Source of the DNA: Rhina ancylostomus
Taxonomy: Eukaryota
Reading direction: 5' to 3'
DNA length: 64,000 bases
Assembly (NCBI GenBank): GCA_030265395.1
Contig: JARFYF010000055.1
Coordinates: 21,368,076 to 21,432,075, forward strand
The notes under the pieces were generated by a model, which was not told the origin of the DNA, searched no databases, and saw only the letters and a program-made list of their open reading frames with translations. The position numbers and the translations under genes were made by a program. This document shows, in pieces, positions 23,990 to 37,476 of the stretch. How positions within the stretch are numbered: the first letter of the stretch is position 1; each line of letters opens with the position of its first letter.

Positions 23990-25460
23990 TAACGTCCCTA
24001 ACATTTGGATCAAGTCTGAGACAGTGCTGGATCTAATTCTGGAAAATGCAGTGGGGCAGGTAATGAATGTTGCAATGTGACAGCATTTAGGAAACAGTGA
24101 TCACAGTTTTATCCAATTTATAGCAATTATGGAAAAGGGTATGAAAAATACCCAAGGTTTAAACACTCAATTGAAGTAGAATCACTTTGAAAAAGAGGGG
24201 AAATGGGACTGATGAGAATGTGCCAAGAGCCATTATAGGCAGGACAGACTCAACGGGCCAAATAGCCTGCTTCNNNNNNNNNNNNNNNNNNNNNNNNNNN
24301 NNNNNNNNNNNNNNNNNNNNNNNNNNNNNNNNNNNNNNNNNNNNNNNNNNNNNNNNNNNNNNNNNNNNNNNNNTGCTTCCATTTCACATACAAAATAATT
24401 CCAGTAAGTTACAAAGGCACCTGGCCCACATGAATCAAGCAAAGTCTGGAAGGTAAAACTAAATGAACAATACAAGGTCTTCAAAAATAAATAAAAAAGT
24501 ATAGACTGGACATATTTTCACAAAGGGATAAAAAAGTCAAATCTTGAGCTCTCTGGATAACAAAACATATGGAGATTTAAATGAAATAAATTAAAGTGCA
24601 GAGTAACTGTTAGATATACAATTCAGCAATGAATCATGCTGAGTATGTTTTCTTACAGGCTCAAAGAACTTTAAAAGGAAATAAGAGCAAAAAACATGCA
24701 TTAAGAATAAATTAGTGAATAAACATAAAGAGAACTACAAGGTCTTTAAGACAAAAATAACAAAGGGTGGTCAACAGAAGGGTGGAGCTAATTCCTAACT
24801 AAAGGAGATCTTCTGTGAAAGCAGAGTACGGCTGAGATACCAAACGAGTAATTTGCAAGCATCCACATTGCAGTGGTTAACAGAAACTTAATAGGATAAA
24901 AATGGTACCTAAAGGCTGGCAACACTTAAAATAGAAAAAAAATCACCCAGTCAGAATGGGATACATAATGTTCGCTTGATAAAAAAAGAGTGGAAATTGC
25001 AGAGGCTCTGATCATAACCTTTCATTCTCCCTTAGGTATGGAAGAGATGCACGAGAACATAAGACTTTAAATGTTAATCCTCCTCTCAAGGTGAGACGTA
25101 GCCCTGACAATAACAGGGCAGTCAACCCATTGACAGTCTTGGGAAAATTTTAAGGTATTAGGACAATATTAGGCAGCATGACATTCAACAATGAAGTAAC
25201 AAATGATGAGCAACAGGGTACATTTAAGTGGCACTTTGAAAATGACTGTAAGAATAAAAATTAAAGGTAAATTGTATTTGACTGTTTTGATTGAATTCTT
25301 TGAAAAAAATTACAGTGTGGGGTAAAAGAGGGGATGGTTATGTTGGTGTAAATAGACTTGCTAAAGATTTTCAATTAAAGAATCATATTATAGACTTGTG
25401 GATACACAGATGGCAACACGTGATTTTTTTTAGCCTGCAGGGAAGAGTGGAGTTATGTAC
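23990..25460 (+). mobile_element. Heavily decayed CR1-type LINE ORF2 fragments (spans a gap)
   Basis: AVLDLILEN, HLGNSDH, AEIPNE.F and KSPSQNGIH-like remnants of the endonuclease-RT region. Confidence 0.55.
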
Positions 25461-25507
25461 CCATGGGTTGTTGCTGGGAATACGGCTCCATATACTCACT
25501 GCTTTCT

Positions 25508-25848
25508 GGGGAGAGCTGGTGGAGTTGCTGCGTCACAGCTCCACTGGATTTAATTGTGATTTCTCGTGCTGTTTGTACGGAGTTTGCATGTTCCCTCTAT
25601 GACAATGTGGGTTTCTTGCAGGTCCTCATTTTCTCCTACATGCTAAAGATGTGCAGGTTGGTAGCTTAATTGACCACTGTAAATTACTTTAGCGTGCAGG
25701 TGAGTGGAGTGGTAATGATAGTGCTGTGGGGAGTTGATGAGAATGTGGGAGAGTAAAACGGGATTACTGTTGGATTCATGTAAATGGATGCTTGAGTATC
25801 GATGTGGACTTGGTAGGCTGAAGGGCCTGTTTTCATGCTGTATGACTA
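25508..25848 (+). mobile_element. V-SINE (HE1-like)
   Basis: cacagctcca...ggagtttgcatgttcc...tgtgggtttc; tail ggctgaagggcctgttttcatgctgtatgact. Confidence 0.75.
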
Positions 25849-25873
25849 TTTATCATTGACATGGATGCAAGTA

Positions 25874-26163
25874 CAGGCTACCCCTGGGTTATGAACACCC
25901 AATTTACGGACACTCGTACATAAGATTTAGCTCCCATAATATTATTAAATTCAAAAGTCCAACAAACGGTAGAACTAGTTTCCTTTCTTGCCACTTTTAG
26001 TAATTATTCTTTCTTATCAATCTTATTTGATTTTTATGCTATTCATTACAATACTGTGGAGGTACAGTTACCATATAGTGATTTTTGTGTTCTGACTTAT
26101 GGACAAAAATCGACTTAAGGATGGCTGTAAAACTGGAACCCATTTGTTACTGGGGATGGTCTG
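25874..26163. mobile_element. Tigger/pogo-type non-autonomous DNA transposon (MITE)
   Basis: Starts ta|CAGGCTACCCCTGGGTTATGAAC and ends TTTGTTACTGGGGATGGTCTG: imperfect inverted termini beginning CAG after TA, AT-rich interior. Confidence 0.6.
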
Positions 26164-26164
26164 C

Positions 26165-26885
26165 AGATAGGAACTAATTCTGAAGTCTGCAGGTACCTGG
26201 AAACAAACTAAACTGCAAGGACAGGAGCAGACTTCAGGAGGATGTAGATTAGTGAAACAGGAAGATGCTAAATACGTGAAATTTAACAACAAAATGATTC
26301 ACTGCCATAGAAGGCAGTACAAGTTCAATGACACAATTTCAAAGGAGGTGCAGTTAAAAAAGAGAGATCTGGGGTTGACATTTAGAAGTCCTCACGACTG
26401 AAAATTATTTAAAAAATTACAAGATATTTGGCTATATTAATAGAGTACATAAGTAAGCAAGCTATGCTAATGCACATTAGGCCTCAGCTGGGGCAATGTG
26501 GGCAATTTTGCATACACATTAAGATGGTACCAAGGAAAGATGAGAGAAACTAGAGTTGCTCTTCTTTGAACAGTGAAGGTTAAGAAGAGATTTGGTATAG
26601 GTGTTCAAAGTTGTCATAAAAGAAACTGTTTTCAGTGACAGAGCTTTAAGGTAATTGGCAAAAGAACCATCGGTGATATAAATACAAAAACCTTTGTGCA
26701 GCATGTTATGATGACCTGAAATGCATTGCCTGGAAGGATAATGGAAGTAGGTTCAATAAAGACTTCCAAAAAAACTGTTTCCGGTGGAAACATTTCCGGT
26801 ATATGTGGGAACAGGGATATTTGATAGCACTTTCAATAGGAAGGCCTGGATGGCCTCTTCCATGCCACATTATTCTTTGATTTTA
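26165..26885 (+). mobile_element. Decayed CR1-type LINE 3' portion
   Basis: gagagatctggggttg, ttaggcctcagctgg, gaaggttaagaagagatttggtataggtgttcaa, aatgcattgcctggaagg remnants. Confidence 0.65.
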
Positions 26886-27718
26886 TGAAGCACTAACACA
26901 AAGACGTGGNNNNNNNNNNNNNNNNNNNNNNNNNNNNNNNNNNNNNNNNNNNNNNNNNNNNNNNNNNNNNNNNNNNNNNNNNNNNNNNNNNNNNNNNNNN
27001 NNNNNNNNNCTGTAAATTGAAGGAAGAACTGAAGAAGATATTTACTGAAAATGACAAACTTCTAAGATGTTATCCTGCATAAAACTCTTCAGCATCAGTA
27101 ACTTCTGCGATTTATTCCTTTTTGCCACCTTGGGCATTTTCTACCCTATAAATCAACCTATTCTTAGCTTCTACCTTCTCTCCCCCATAGTGCTGATTCG
27201 AGCTTTTACTCCCTCTGCTTCCAATATCAAGTATTACTCTGCTTCTCCTCCTCCTACTTGCAAATTGCTGCTTCCAGCCTATGTCCTCTGAAAATATCAC
27301 CCCTGGCTTCCTTTAAGTATTTACTTCATCCTCCCACCTTGGGGATACCTGTATGATCCATACCACTCCACGCTTTGAACTAGTATTAACATTTGTTTTG
27401 TGAACATTCCTGTCCACAATACACAAACGATACACACCATCTAGACCTGAAGTTCCAGCCAATTAGAATAGCTGGCTTTGAGAGGCATAATGATTTTCAT
27501 TGCAGACATTGCCACAAAAACAAGTTTAAACACTACATCTTAACTAGTGAGACTCAAGATTCTGTCTTTACAGGCAAAATACCATACATAAATGTATATA
27601 CTAGGGATATATTTAAATAACTGTTCAAACAATTATAAAGTTTTAAACAAAGTTATAATTTGTTTATCACTTGGGGAAGTTCAAAAAAGTGCCATGGGCT
27701 AAAGTAAACAAATCTCAC

Positions 27719-29190
27719 CTTAAAGTCTGCCAGTTGCTGATTGATGATATCAACTTCTGTACCCACATTTCCTTGCAATTCTTCACCCTCTTCTGTTTTG
27801 GTAAGAAGGTTATTTAATTCTTTGAGTTTTTCATAGAAATCTTCAACACGTTCCACAGTCATCTCTACTTGTTCTTGTCTGTTCCTTCCGCGTTCAAGTA
27901 GTTTACCACATTGCTTGTTCAAAGCTTCAAGCTCTCGTTTCAGTCCTTGTAGGTCTGGACTGCCTTCTACCTCTAGCATCTGTTTGCATTCTTCTTCTGA
28001 AGTTTCAATATCTTTCTTTAGTTTTTTAAGCTTGCTCATAAACTGCTTAATATCATCAGTTTGTGACTGCAGACTGTCCAGGTCTCTCCCAATAGGACTC
28101 ATGCTGTCTAATTCATCATCCAAGTCCGCAAGATGTGAAAACATTTCCCGAATATGGTTCTGGAAATGTCCAATTCCTTGAAGTCTGTTTTCCATTGCCA
28201 AACAGCTTTCATCCACTCTCTGTTTTACATTGCCATACTCTTGCTGAACTAATTTTGCTTGCTGTAAGAGCTGTGATGAATCTGCACCATCAGGGGTGTC
28301 CTCTGCCAGTCCTCGAGCCAGGTCTCTCAGGTACTCTACTTGCGATTCTAGGATCTGAAGAGCTTCCTGGCGTGTCCTCAACTTTTCCAAGTTCTTATTA
28401 CTGTAGGCCTGTGAACCAAGAGCATCATATATTTCAAGCTGTTGTTTCGCACCATCAAGCTTCATTTGAATGCTTTTCAGGGAATCCTGAAACTCCTTCA
28501 GCCTTTGGGCCATTTCTTCAATTGATTCACTTTTGGCTTGAAGTTGTTCTGTAACAAGGTCCATCCTCTGGTTTATATCTGTCTTTTCATCTCTAATATC
28601 TTCTTCATCCACCTGACAGGAATCTACAAGGATGTCAGCAGCAGTGTTCATCATCTCCAGCAACGATCGATGTTTCTCCACATCATGTTGTAGATCCTTT
28701 GCATTAGCTAAAGAGGAGTTCAGTTGTGCTGGATCAATGGTGATCTCTAGTTCTTCCACTTTACATTCACATTCTTCTATCCATGGGAGCAGATCTTCCA
28801 TGTACTGTCTGTACTTCTGTGCTTTCTGAACACAGTCTTTGAGTTTAGAATGTCTACCTGCTGCCTGCTTCCATAGCTCATCCCACTGTCCTTTAAGAGT
28901 TGACAACTGACTCTGAAGATTCATCTTTTCTTCTCCTGTTTGGGCACTTCGAACGAGAGACTCTCCTTCAGCCAGAATCATCTCATAGGAGCCCGAGTGC
29001 TGATTCAGACTTTTTTGGAACTCCTCCTGCTCACTTATTTGAGATTGTAAAGTGTCCAGTTTTGCAGACACAAGAGGTTTCCGTGTATGCTCACTACATT
29101 TCCCATCCAGCCACAGCCTGAGTTCATCAAAGGTTTGTTGAAACTGCTGAGAACTGGCCAGAGTTGTTTGAAGCTGATTTATGCGATCAC
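27719..29190 (-). CDS. MACF1: MACF1 large rod exon (G)DRINQLQTTLASSQQFQQTFDEL...GTEVDIINQQLADFK
   Basis: catctccag|GT ... AAG|gtgaga; 1472 nt, phase 1-0; several spectrin repeats; EEFQKSLNQHSGSYE and REMFSxLADLDDELD match recalled MACF1. Confidence 0.97.
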
Positions 29191-30777
29191 CTGGAGATGA
29201 CAAATCATTAAGTACATGCTGCTTCATAATCAATTCTGAAACAGGAGTATTCCTCATATTTGCCAAATTATAGATTTAAGAGTGTATTTTCTGAAGCACT
29301 GTAATCTGGAACTGAAAGCAAACTTCAGAATGCAATATTTACTTGATATTTATGGACAAGCTTAACTTTTTCAATCCACTGTTCCTCACACTTATGAACA
29401 GTAACAATTAAATTCTGAATAACCTGACGCTATGTTAGCCAAAAGAAAATAGGCTTTTTTTGTTTCAAAAGACCATACCCTAGTTTAACTTCAGAATAAT
29501 AATCCATGGATCATAAATTACAACATGAATGCTTTAATATCTGTAGACCATTGATTTATCATAAGTAATCAGGAATATGTTAAACATTGTTTTGGGTTAA
29601 ATCTAATAACCAGTTAATGGAATTTCATTGACACTTGCAGATGCTCTCAATATTTGGCACAGTAACCATTTAATTTTTCCTCCATTATGTTAGGTTACAC
29701 TTGACACCTAACTCATACAATGACTGGAAGCAGTTATATAATGTGGCTATAATGCCCTTCAACTATTTCAGCATTGCACATGCAATGAAGACGTTTATGA
29801 GCAGTCACTAATTGTTAAATATATCCTTTACCAAACTCTCTGCAGAATTCTCCTTAACTTTTACAAGTGTGATTTTTAATCTGCAAAAGTGTAGCTTGTC
29901 TGCAGCTGATTGTATTTGTTTCCTTAAAAACTAAATTTCAAATAGAAATAAAGCCATCAGTTCAAAAATCCAAATTATAAAGATTCTTAATTATAGGTAC
30001 CACATTTACACATGGATCAGAACATCCCAGGATCAAATCAGAAATTTTGTGTTAATTTAATTGATATTACCTGGGGAGTGACTGGAATGATAAATATATT
30101 TTAGTGCATCTGAGCTACAAAGGGGATAAAGATTGGAACACGTTCTCATTTTCCAGTGACTTGAAACTACATGCACATGGGTGTTAACTGAGAACAGAAT
30201 AGGTTTTAAAAGCAAGGCTCTCCACAGTTACTCAGCCTATAAACTCTCATCCTCAATGTTCACACACTATAGGTGTCTGTCTAGAATCCAGAAAGCAGGT
30301 TTAACGCATAAATATCAACTTTCTAAGCAGAGGGTGAAACAGGGAACCAATATGAAATAATAATTGCAGGAGCTAAAAGTAAAAACAATTGGGAAAAGAA
30401 TGACAAGATGCAATGATAGAAATAAGGTAAAGTTATCAGCACATAACTTTTATGGAGTAAATTAAAGAGCAGTTTTCAGGCTCAGATAAGGATTTATCTT
30501 TAAAGCATTAGCTTAGCCAGTACATTCGGTACTGTACTGGTACAGTATTAGCCTGTACTGGATCAGCATTAGAAATGTTTCAAGTAATTTCTTTAATACC
30601 AGGGTTTCAGCAACAAACTGATGGAAGAGTGGACCGCTCCCGAAATAAAAGTTCACAAGATGAAAAATCACAGAAGCTGGCTGTTATTTCATCTGGTAGG
30701 ATTGATTAACTTACTTTGAAATTATATCATCTTGTTCTTTGGCACAATGCAAATAAATCTGTAGTATCTATACCAAC

Positions 30778-31273
30778 CTGCTCTTTCTTCAAGACCATTA
30801 AATGGCATCAAGACCGCATCTAGCCGCTTCCGAAGCTCATCCTTTAAATACTGTTCACCAATAAGGGAGGACAGGTCATCACAGAGATTTTGGGCTTCTT
30901 CGATCTGCTCCTTCTGCTGCTCTAAATCTGAACGGATTTCACTAATTTCTTCGAGTTGCTGTTTGACAATGTCTGGTTGTGTGCTGATCACTGATTGACT
31001 GTTTAATTTGTTATTCAGGATCCTGACTTTGTCGCTGAGTCTCTGCAGTAACTCTTGGTACTCTGTACTCTTGGCTGTGGCCTGATCAATTTGATTAGAA
31101 CGACTGCTGAGCTGGTCAGTGAGGTTATCCCATTTTTCATTGATGGCTCTGTGCTGGTCTCTCACCTGGCTGTCAGAAGGAGACACATCACCAGGTGCAC
31201 AGAGTATGCCATTTGCTGCTTGGTTAAGTTGTTCATATTGGGGTTTACGAGTCTCAAATTCCTTCAGCATGAA
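30778..31273 (-). CDS. MACF1: MACF1 rod exon FMLKEFETRK...LIGEQYLKDEL...LEERA
   Basis: tttgtgacag|TTC ... GCAG|gttggt; 496 nt, phase 0-1. Confidence 0.96.
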
Positions 31274-32950
31274 CTGTCACAAACAAAAAAAAATTAATTA
31301 GAGATACTGGGAACAAATTCATATTGAATCTTCCATGGCTCATGAGTGAATGATAGTGGGCTAGAAATGTTTTTATTCCTAAAAATGATTCTGCCTGGGG
31401 AACTATCTATTTGTCCTTGTACCAAAGGAGTGCTGCATGTGTGGGGAGGATGGAGGCAAAAAACATGTTTTTGGATACGCAAAAGCATATGAGCATTTAA
31501 AAGTTGCAGAACCTTGATTTTTCTATTATTGTACATTAAACTCTAATCATTTCAACAATGCTGTGGACCTGTAAAAACTTAACTAAAAGTAACTGCTCTT
31601 AAAAAGGGAAATGACTACTAATTTGCACCACTGCTCTAGGTCATTGTGAATTACATTTGTGTTAGTGTCCACTGATAACTGTAAGTGATCTACAACTGGG
31701 CAGGACAAAAGGCTTCAGATTTAGTAGAGGTAACCTGGACATACTCATGATAAACAAAGAGCCAAGGGAGCTCCGTTATACTAGGTGTGCCAGTGCTGCT
31801 CCCTTTCCTGTCCTGGTAATTGATACATTGTAAGGAGAATGAGATGGAGATCACTGGTATTACTCTGTGGTATCAATGACATGAGGAGAGTCTGAAATTA
31901 TTATGAATCAGGGCATGCTCTTTTATACCCCATCACCCTCATCCGACTATCCAATGGCACGTCTTTTACCCTCATCCTCCCCTTTTGTGCCTTTATTAAT
32001 GTGGAATCATAGAAGATCCAAACCGCCCAGTTCCCAACCTATCAGCTCCATTGTTGAGCAGCCCACCACAATGGGGAAGTCACTATACTAGTACACTCAA
32101 CATCAGCTCCAATCCCTGCACCTCAAAATGAGAATGGTGATAGAAGTGCTAATTTCACTTGTGCTGGTGAACTAGCCAGGACAGGGACCTTGGGTAGCTA
32201 AAGTGCTAACTCCCCAGGGGGAGGGACTGACATTGCACACCAGTGCTACCCCACAGGCCTCAGATGAGGGCTAAGACAGGCAGCTTAAATGAGAAGGCTG
32301 AGGCAGATCTAATGAAGATTCTTGCCACATGGTCTGGCCTGTATGAAAGCTGGTGAGAGATCTTGAGAGGCACTGCAGTCTTTTTTTTCAACTTTTTGTA
32401 GGACTTTGCCTGGAGCCCCACTTTGCCAGTTGGGATGGTGTACACATTATGCAGTGGGTGGAGATCCAACCACAGTGGAGCAAACTCATGGCAATAGTAC
32501 CCATCAGTTTTCATCATGGCACAGGCAGAGGCCACATAATGTCTTTAAACATGTGTAAGAAGGCAACAGTCTACAGTGTTGCCAGCTATCACAGATTTAT
32601 ATGCCTGCCAAGCACAGCTTGCCACCATTTAGCTCCCAGAAGACTCTGGCAGTGGAGCAGGTCAGCTTTTGAGGCAAGGCAATTACCAAGGGTAACACAG
32701 TTTTTGTGAATGGATCTAGCATCGGAATACAAAGCCAACTGCAAGTATGAGAAGTCATGCTTGAATTGAGGCATCTTGTGTATGGAAGCACAGGCAAAAA
32801 GTTTTTATGAATCACAAGATGTATCGTCTACCCATATTCATATTTTGTAAATCATTCAGCAGTAGTTCTTCCTTCATGCTGCTGTTAAAAACCAAGCAAT
32901 ACCCAAAAAACATTTCCAGTTCTTGTTTAGTTTTTTTTTGTTAATATTAC

Positions 32951-33150
32951 CTGCACTTGTTGTTTCTGAGCACGTAGCATATTTGGATCAATTGAGAGAG
33001 GACCCAGTACACTCATCATTAACTCCTTTTCTGATAACCATGGACTGAGCTGTGATTCTGTGTTCTGGAAACTTGCAAGAAGATCTGCTGATTTTTCTAG
33101 TTTTTGTTGTCTTTCAGTTATTGCCTGATTGGCACGAGCCCACTTTGACT
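32951..33150 (-). CDS. MACF1: MACF1 rod exon (E)SKWARANQ...[27 protein letters not shown]
   Basis: atttttag|AG ... CAG|gtaata; 200 nt, phase 1-0; [19 protein letters not shown] motif. Confidence 0.96.
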
Positions 33151-34567
33151 CTAAAAATAACATAAATAACAATGATAATTTATGCTGAGAAAAATTTCAG
33201 GCAATATTACACATAATGGTTCATCCTACTGCTTTTGCCATATTAAGACATTTGTGCTTACCATCAATGCAATGCAAAATGATTGAAAAATTTATAATTC
33301 CATAATGTTAACTTAGGATAAAGACAATTTTAAAATCAGAATTAAAATCATGCTTTAACTCAAGTAGTTAATATAAGTTATAAAGCAAACTGGAAGCTCC
33401 AAACTAGCATTTAGAATGGAACACCTCACAATGACTTTCAGGATTCAATAATTTAGAAAACTGCAGTCATTCCACTCTGGTCAATTTTTTCTCTCAACAT
33501 GTGGATTTGAGTCCTAACTTGGGATTATTTAAATATGGAATCTTGGCCCTTCATATAGTAATTTTGAAATATTCCTTACTTTAGGAGTATGCTTTTCTCC
33601 ATGTGTTCATTAACAAGAACTTGGAGGGAAGTAAAATCACGATATTTGCTTTGCAGTAAATCATCTATAAATTATTTACATTATGTAGAGCTCAGGAGCT
33701 ATTTTTATAATCTGAAAACCCTTTAAAACAATATATCCTTTAATGTCAAAAATTATAATTTTTGTAGGAAGCTACAGGCATAGGACATCAATGCTGAATA
33801 TACTCCATCATGTGCAAGACTGCTCACAAGGGTAGCAGACAAGTTTGAAACTAGATACAAAGAGAGATGCTGGATTGCTCGTGCTAAGATATTGGCTAAT
33901 GATTGTATTCACCTTTCCACATTCAGTTCCACACAATTACTGACTGGTGTGGACCAGAGTATAGAGGAAATAGAGCAATGAGCTGATAAAATGGGGGCAT
34001 TTAGCGCTAGTGAACAAAGGTAGAATTTCTATACTGAGGTATTCTTTCTCAAGAGAAAAAGAAACTTATGAAATATATTATAATGGAGTCACATTAATTT
34101 ATTACAAGGATTAAAGGAGGCTATTAAAATTCAATACTTAACAGACATCCATTATGGGAAATCATGAGTGTTGTGATTTCCACTTTAATCAATGGCTTTA
34201 AAACATATGATCTCTTCCTATTTTGAAAACAGAAACCACGTTTGGAGTGCCACAGGAAACAGCTATCTATTTAATACTTAAGAGTTTTCAATTATTCATA
34301 ACAATTTGCAATATGCAGTTAAATGACCAACATTGTTCATGAATTACCAGAGTCATTTAGTTTCTCTTTAATTTCTTCATGCTTGATGAAGATTAAATTT
34401 CCCCACAGGACCTTTAACCCAAATTATCCCTTTGGTGCTTATCCCATACAAAAGTAACGATCCAAATCTCATGACAGCTCTCTTGGGAGCTGCTTCTTAA
34501 TTTCTTAAGTGCAAAGCTTTCCATCCCATAAACTGGAATATTGGTATGAGAATCTCACTGGCTTTAC

Positions 34568-34697
34568 CTATGTGTTCGAGCATTTCTGTCCATTTCTTGG
34601 CTTCAGGCGAGTCTGGATTTTTCTTCAGTAAGTCTTTCAATGCCCCTTTAAGTTTATCAATCTTACCAGAATTCTGTTCAAGCTCAGCAAGATAGAC
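34568..34697 (-). CDS. MACF1: MACF1 rod exon VYLAELEQNSGKI...NPDSPEAKKWTEMLEHI
   Basis: ttttgtttag|GTC ... ATAG|gtaaag; 130 nt, phase 0-1; resembles MACF1 FLAELEQNSPKI...PNSQEAENW. Confidence 0.94.
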
Positions 34698-35407
34698 CTA
34701 AACAAAAGAGAAGTTCAGTGATTGACAACAACTTTGCAAATGTGCTTTGATTAATAGGCAACGTTGGGTTCATTATCTGTTACATTCACCCGTGTCCTGT
34801 ATTTGGTCAATTCTTTGCATGTTTTTTGTTAATCTGTGTTTATTATGGATTTCAAAATGCAATTCTTCTCTTATATGAACTACACATTTTTTAAACTTGG
34901 AATACAAGTGGAATATTTCTAGAGCTTATTAGGATTCAAGAAATTCACCAAAATTTCCCCCCATTTCTTCCATCATTCTGACAATATTTGAAAAGTGAAA
35001 ATAATTCCAATTTAATTTGCTTTTCAATTAGAAGGCAATTGTTTATTTTTAATGGTAATGAAGATTCAGGTCTCCAGATGAACAACGTGACATTATCTTG
35101 TGGTCTGGAGAACACTGGAAACACAGTATTCAATACAATAGATGATTATTTGTAGCCTGACGCAAGTATTCATTCTCCCATTTTAAATGAAATTATACAC
35201 TCTTCTAATTTTGTTCAACTCAAACCGATAAAGGAAACTTCTTCTGGTATTAGTCGTTTGTGACCAATTCCTAACCTTCCCTTTTCCCTGCCAAATACGC
35301 TACTTGAAAAATACTCAAGCTACTCACAAGTTGAAAATCAGCTGGTTCATTTTGACTGTGGCATTAACCTTCTGGGATCTACATCACATTTATTAAAAAA
35401 AAATCAC

Positions 35408-35643
35408 CTTGTTCTGCTCCACTTGCTCCTTCATTGCTTGTGTGTTGATTGATGATGAACTTAAAGAGGTTAAAGTCTGTTCTTTTAATTCCAACCAGTT
35501 CATGATAGAAGCAGTTTCTTCCTGCACCTCCTGCATTTGGTTAAGTGTGGCCATCAGATGGTCCTGACATTCCTTTAGCATATTACCAAGGGTTTTATAA
35601 TTATGGTTCACATCGGAGACATTCTGCTGGATTTCTGCAAGTT
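35408..35643 (-). CDS. MACF1: MACF1 rod exon (E)LAEIQQNVSDVNHNY...VEQNK
   Basis: tttttgtag|AA ... AAG|gtgatt; 236 nt, phase 1-0. Confidence 0.94.
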
Positions 35644-36379
35644 CTACAAAAAGTTGAATGAGTCAGTGAGCAAGTGTGATTTACCTATTGTTTTAAAAGA
35701 ATCAGAGACAAAACAACAGCTTTCACTGCTGACCTCAAAGTAAGCTGCCCCCCAAAAATCTAATGATACTGGTGATGTGAATTTCACCTATCCCAGTGTC
35801 AGTTACTGCTGGGCATCACTTCTGGGGTCTCAAGACATCCAGCGATAATGATGTCATCAGTATGACCAGCCAATAATTTTGAAGAATTTGCACAGCAGAT
35901 CAAATTAAGCTTTAATTTTTATATTAACAAGCAAGTGAAGATGGAGATGTACACACAAGATTGAGGTGAATGCTGAAATAGCAAACACTATAATAAAGTT
36001 AAAATCCATAGAATTTTGAAATGTCTATTTTTAGGGCTAGAGGGGTTAAGCTATAATTAGATTTTGTATTTCATTAACTCTTATGCATTACACCCACAAA
36101 GCAAAACATTTTCAGGGCATTTTATCTAATTAGTAGGAATAGTTTTTAAATGTATGCAATTTTCATTAGCAGATGGATTTCTGAAGCTTATATTGGAGAA
36201 GAGAACAAAACAGCAAACCAAGGAAAAGCAAGGAAACACGGACAGTATACTCGGATAACTGCATATGTGTGTGCACCGGAGGTTGCTTCAGACAGTTGCT
36301 TTTTGGACAGGAGGAAGGGGAATAGTGGTATTCTGCAGGGATTATTGCTTCTTTTAAAAACAAAATCCTATATTATGGA

Positions 36380-36765
36380 ACGGTAAGCCACAATTTCTAA
36401 ATTGGATTAAATGATGAGCGTCGATGACAGAATGGATGAGAGGCTATTTCTCTTGGTGGAGGGGTCAAGAATGAAAGGTCACAGGGCATAATTAAAGGGA
36501 AAAGAACTAAGAATGATATAAAAAAAAAGCCCTTTTTTAAGCTCATGTGTGTGTTTGGAATCTAGAAAATGAAGACAAGTTTCACTGTGACCTTCAGGGC
36601 AGAACTGGATAAATATATGGTGAAGAAAAATTTGCAAGGTCACATAGAAATAGCCAGGGTGTGGAACCACTGAACATCTCTGCAGAGTGCTGGCGTGGAC
36701 ACGATAGGCTAAATGGCCTTCTTCTGTGCTGTAACCATTCTCTGATTTAGTTCTATGAGATTTCC
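36380..36765 (+). mobile_element. CR1-type LINE 3' fragment
   Basis: gagaggctatttctcttggtggaggggtcaagaatgaaaggtcac...ggctaaatggccttcttctgtgctgtaaccattct tail. Confidence 0.65.
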
Positions 36766-36929
36766 CCATTATAATGGTGTTGGTGAAAGCTACATGACTT
36801 ACATCTCATTGCAAATTCCAGAACATGACCTTGGATCGGACTAGGAGTCAGTATGTCCATATATTCTTTTTGTGACTGTTTGGACACAACATTCTTGTAA
36901 TTTTATTTGGGTGGGTGGGGTTCTACCGG

Positions 36930-37262
36930 GAGGGGCAGCGGAACCACTGCCTCTCAGTTCCAGCAATCCAAATTCAGTCCTGGCCTCCAGTACTATCTGT
37001 GTGGAGTTTGCACATTTTTACTGTGACTACGCAGGTTTCTTCACACATTCGAAGACATGACATATTGGATGGAAGGTTAATTGGCTACTGCAAATTACTC
37101 CACGTGTAGATGGCAATCAGGAGATTCGGGGGAGTTGATGAACATGTGGGAGAGACTAAGTTACAGGGAGATAAGTGGGAGAATGGGGCTGATGGGAATG
37201 TGTTGACAGCTGGCATAGATTCGATGGGCCAACTGGTCACCCACTGTGTTGTAAAGAATTCT
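36930..37262 (+). mobile_element. V-SINE (HE1-like)
   Basis: actgcctctcagttccagc...ctgtgtggagtttgcacatt V-domain; gatgggccaactgg tail. Confidence 0.75.
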
Positions 37263-37413
37263 GAAAATACATAATTCTGTATTTTCCATTGTTCCTTAAT
37301 GACATACAAATGAGAAATGTAATAATTCACTTCCCAACAATGGGAATCTAATTCAGGAGTAAAATGGTTAGAAAATCCAACATAGACACACCTCAGATTT
37401 CTAACATTCTCAC

Positions 37414-37476
37414 CTTTGTTTCTGTGGTACCCATTCATACTAGGTGCAGTCACCCCACCATTCATCATCACAGAAC
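37414..37476 (-). CDS. MACF1: MACF1 63-nt symmetric linker exon (G)SVMMNGGVTAPSMNGYHRNK, candidate cassette
   Basis: tgtttactcag|GT ... AAAG|gtgaga; phase 1-1; NGYH motif as in MACF1 GSVNGYHTCK. Confidence 0.88.

Noticed and set aside
27915-29121. Plus-strand ORFs overlapping the large exon (also 5522-8887, 31055-31301, 44383-44598)
   Set aside because: Antisense shadows of coding exons, Ser/Phe/Leu-rich, no recognisable product
29191-29266. N-terminal extension of the 537-aa ORF (and similar extensions on other exon ORFs)
   Set aside because: Intronic read-through beyond the AG/GT splice sites; non-ATG or out-of-context starts
31700-32900. GC-richer intronic block with several 60-118 aa ORFs (similar block at 40580-41320)
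   Set aside because: No splice-compatible frame or recognisable protein; probably old unclassified repeats that I cannot assign
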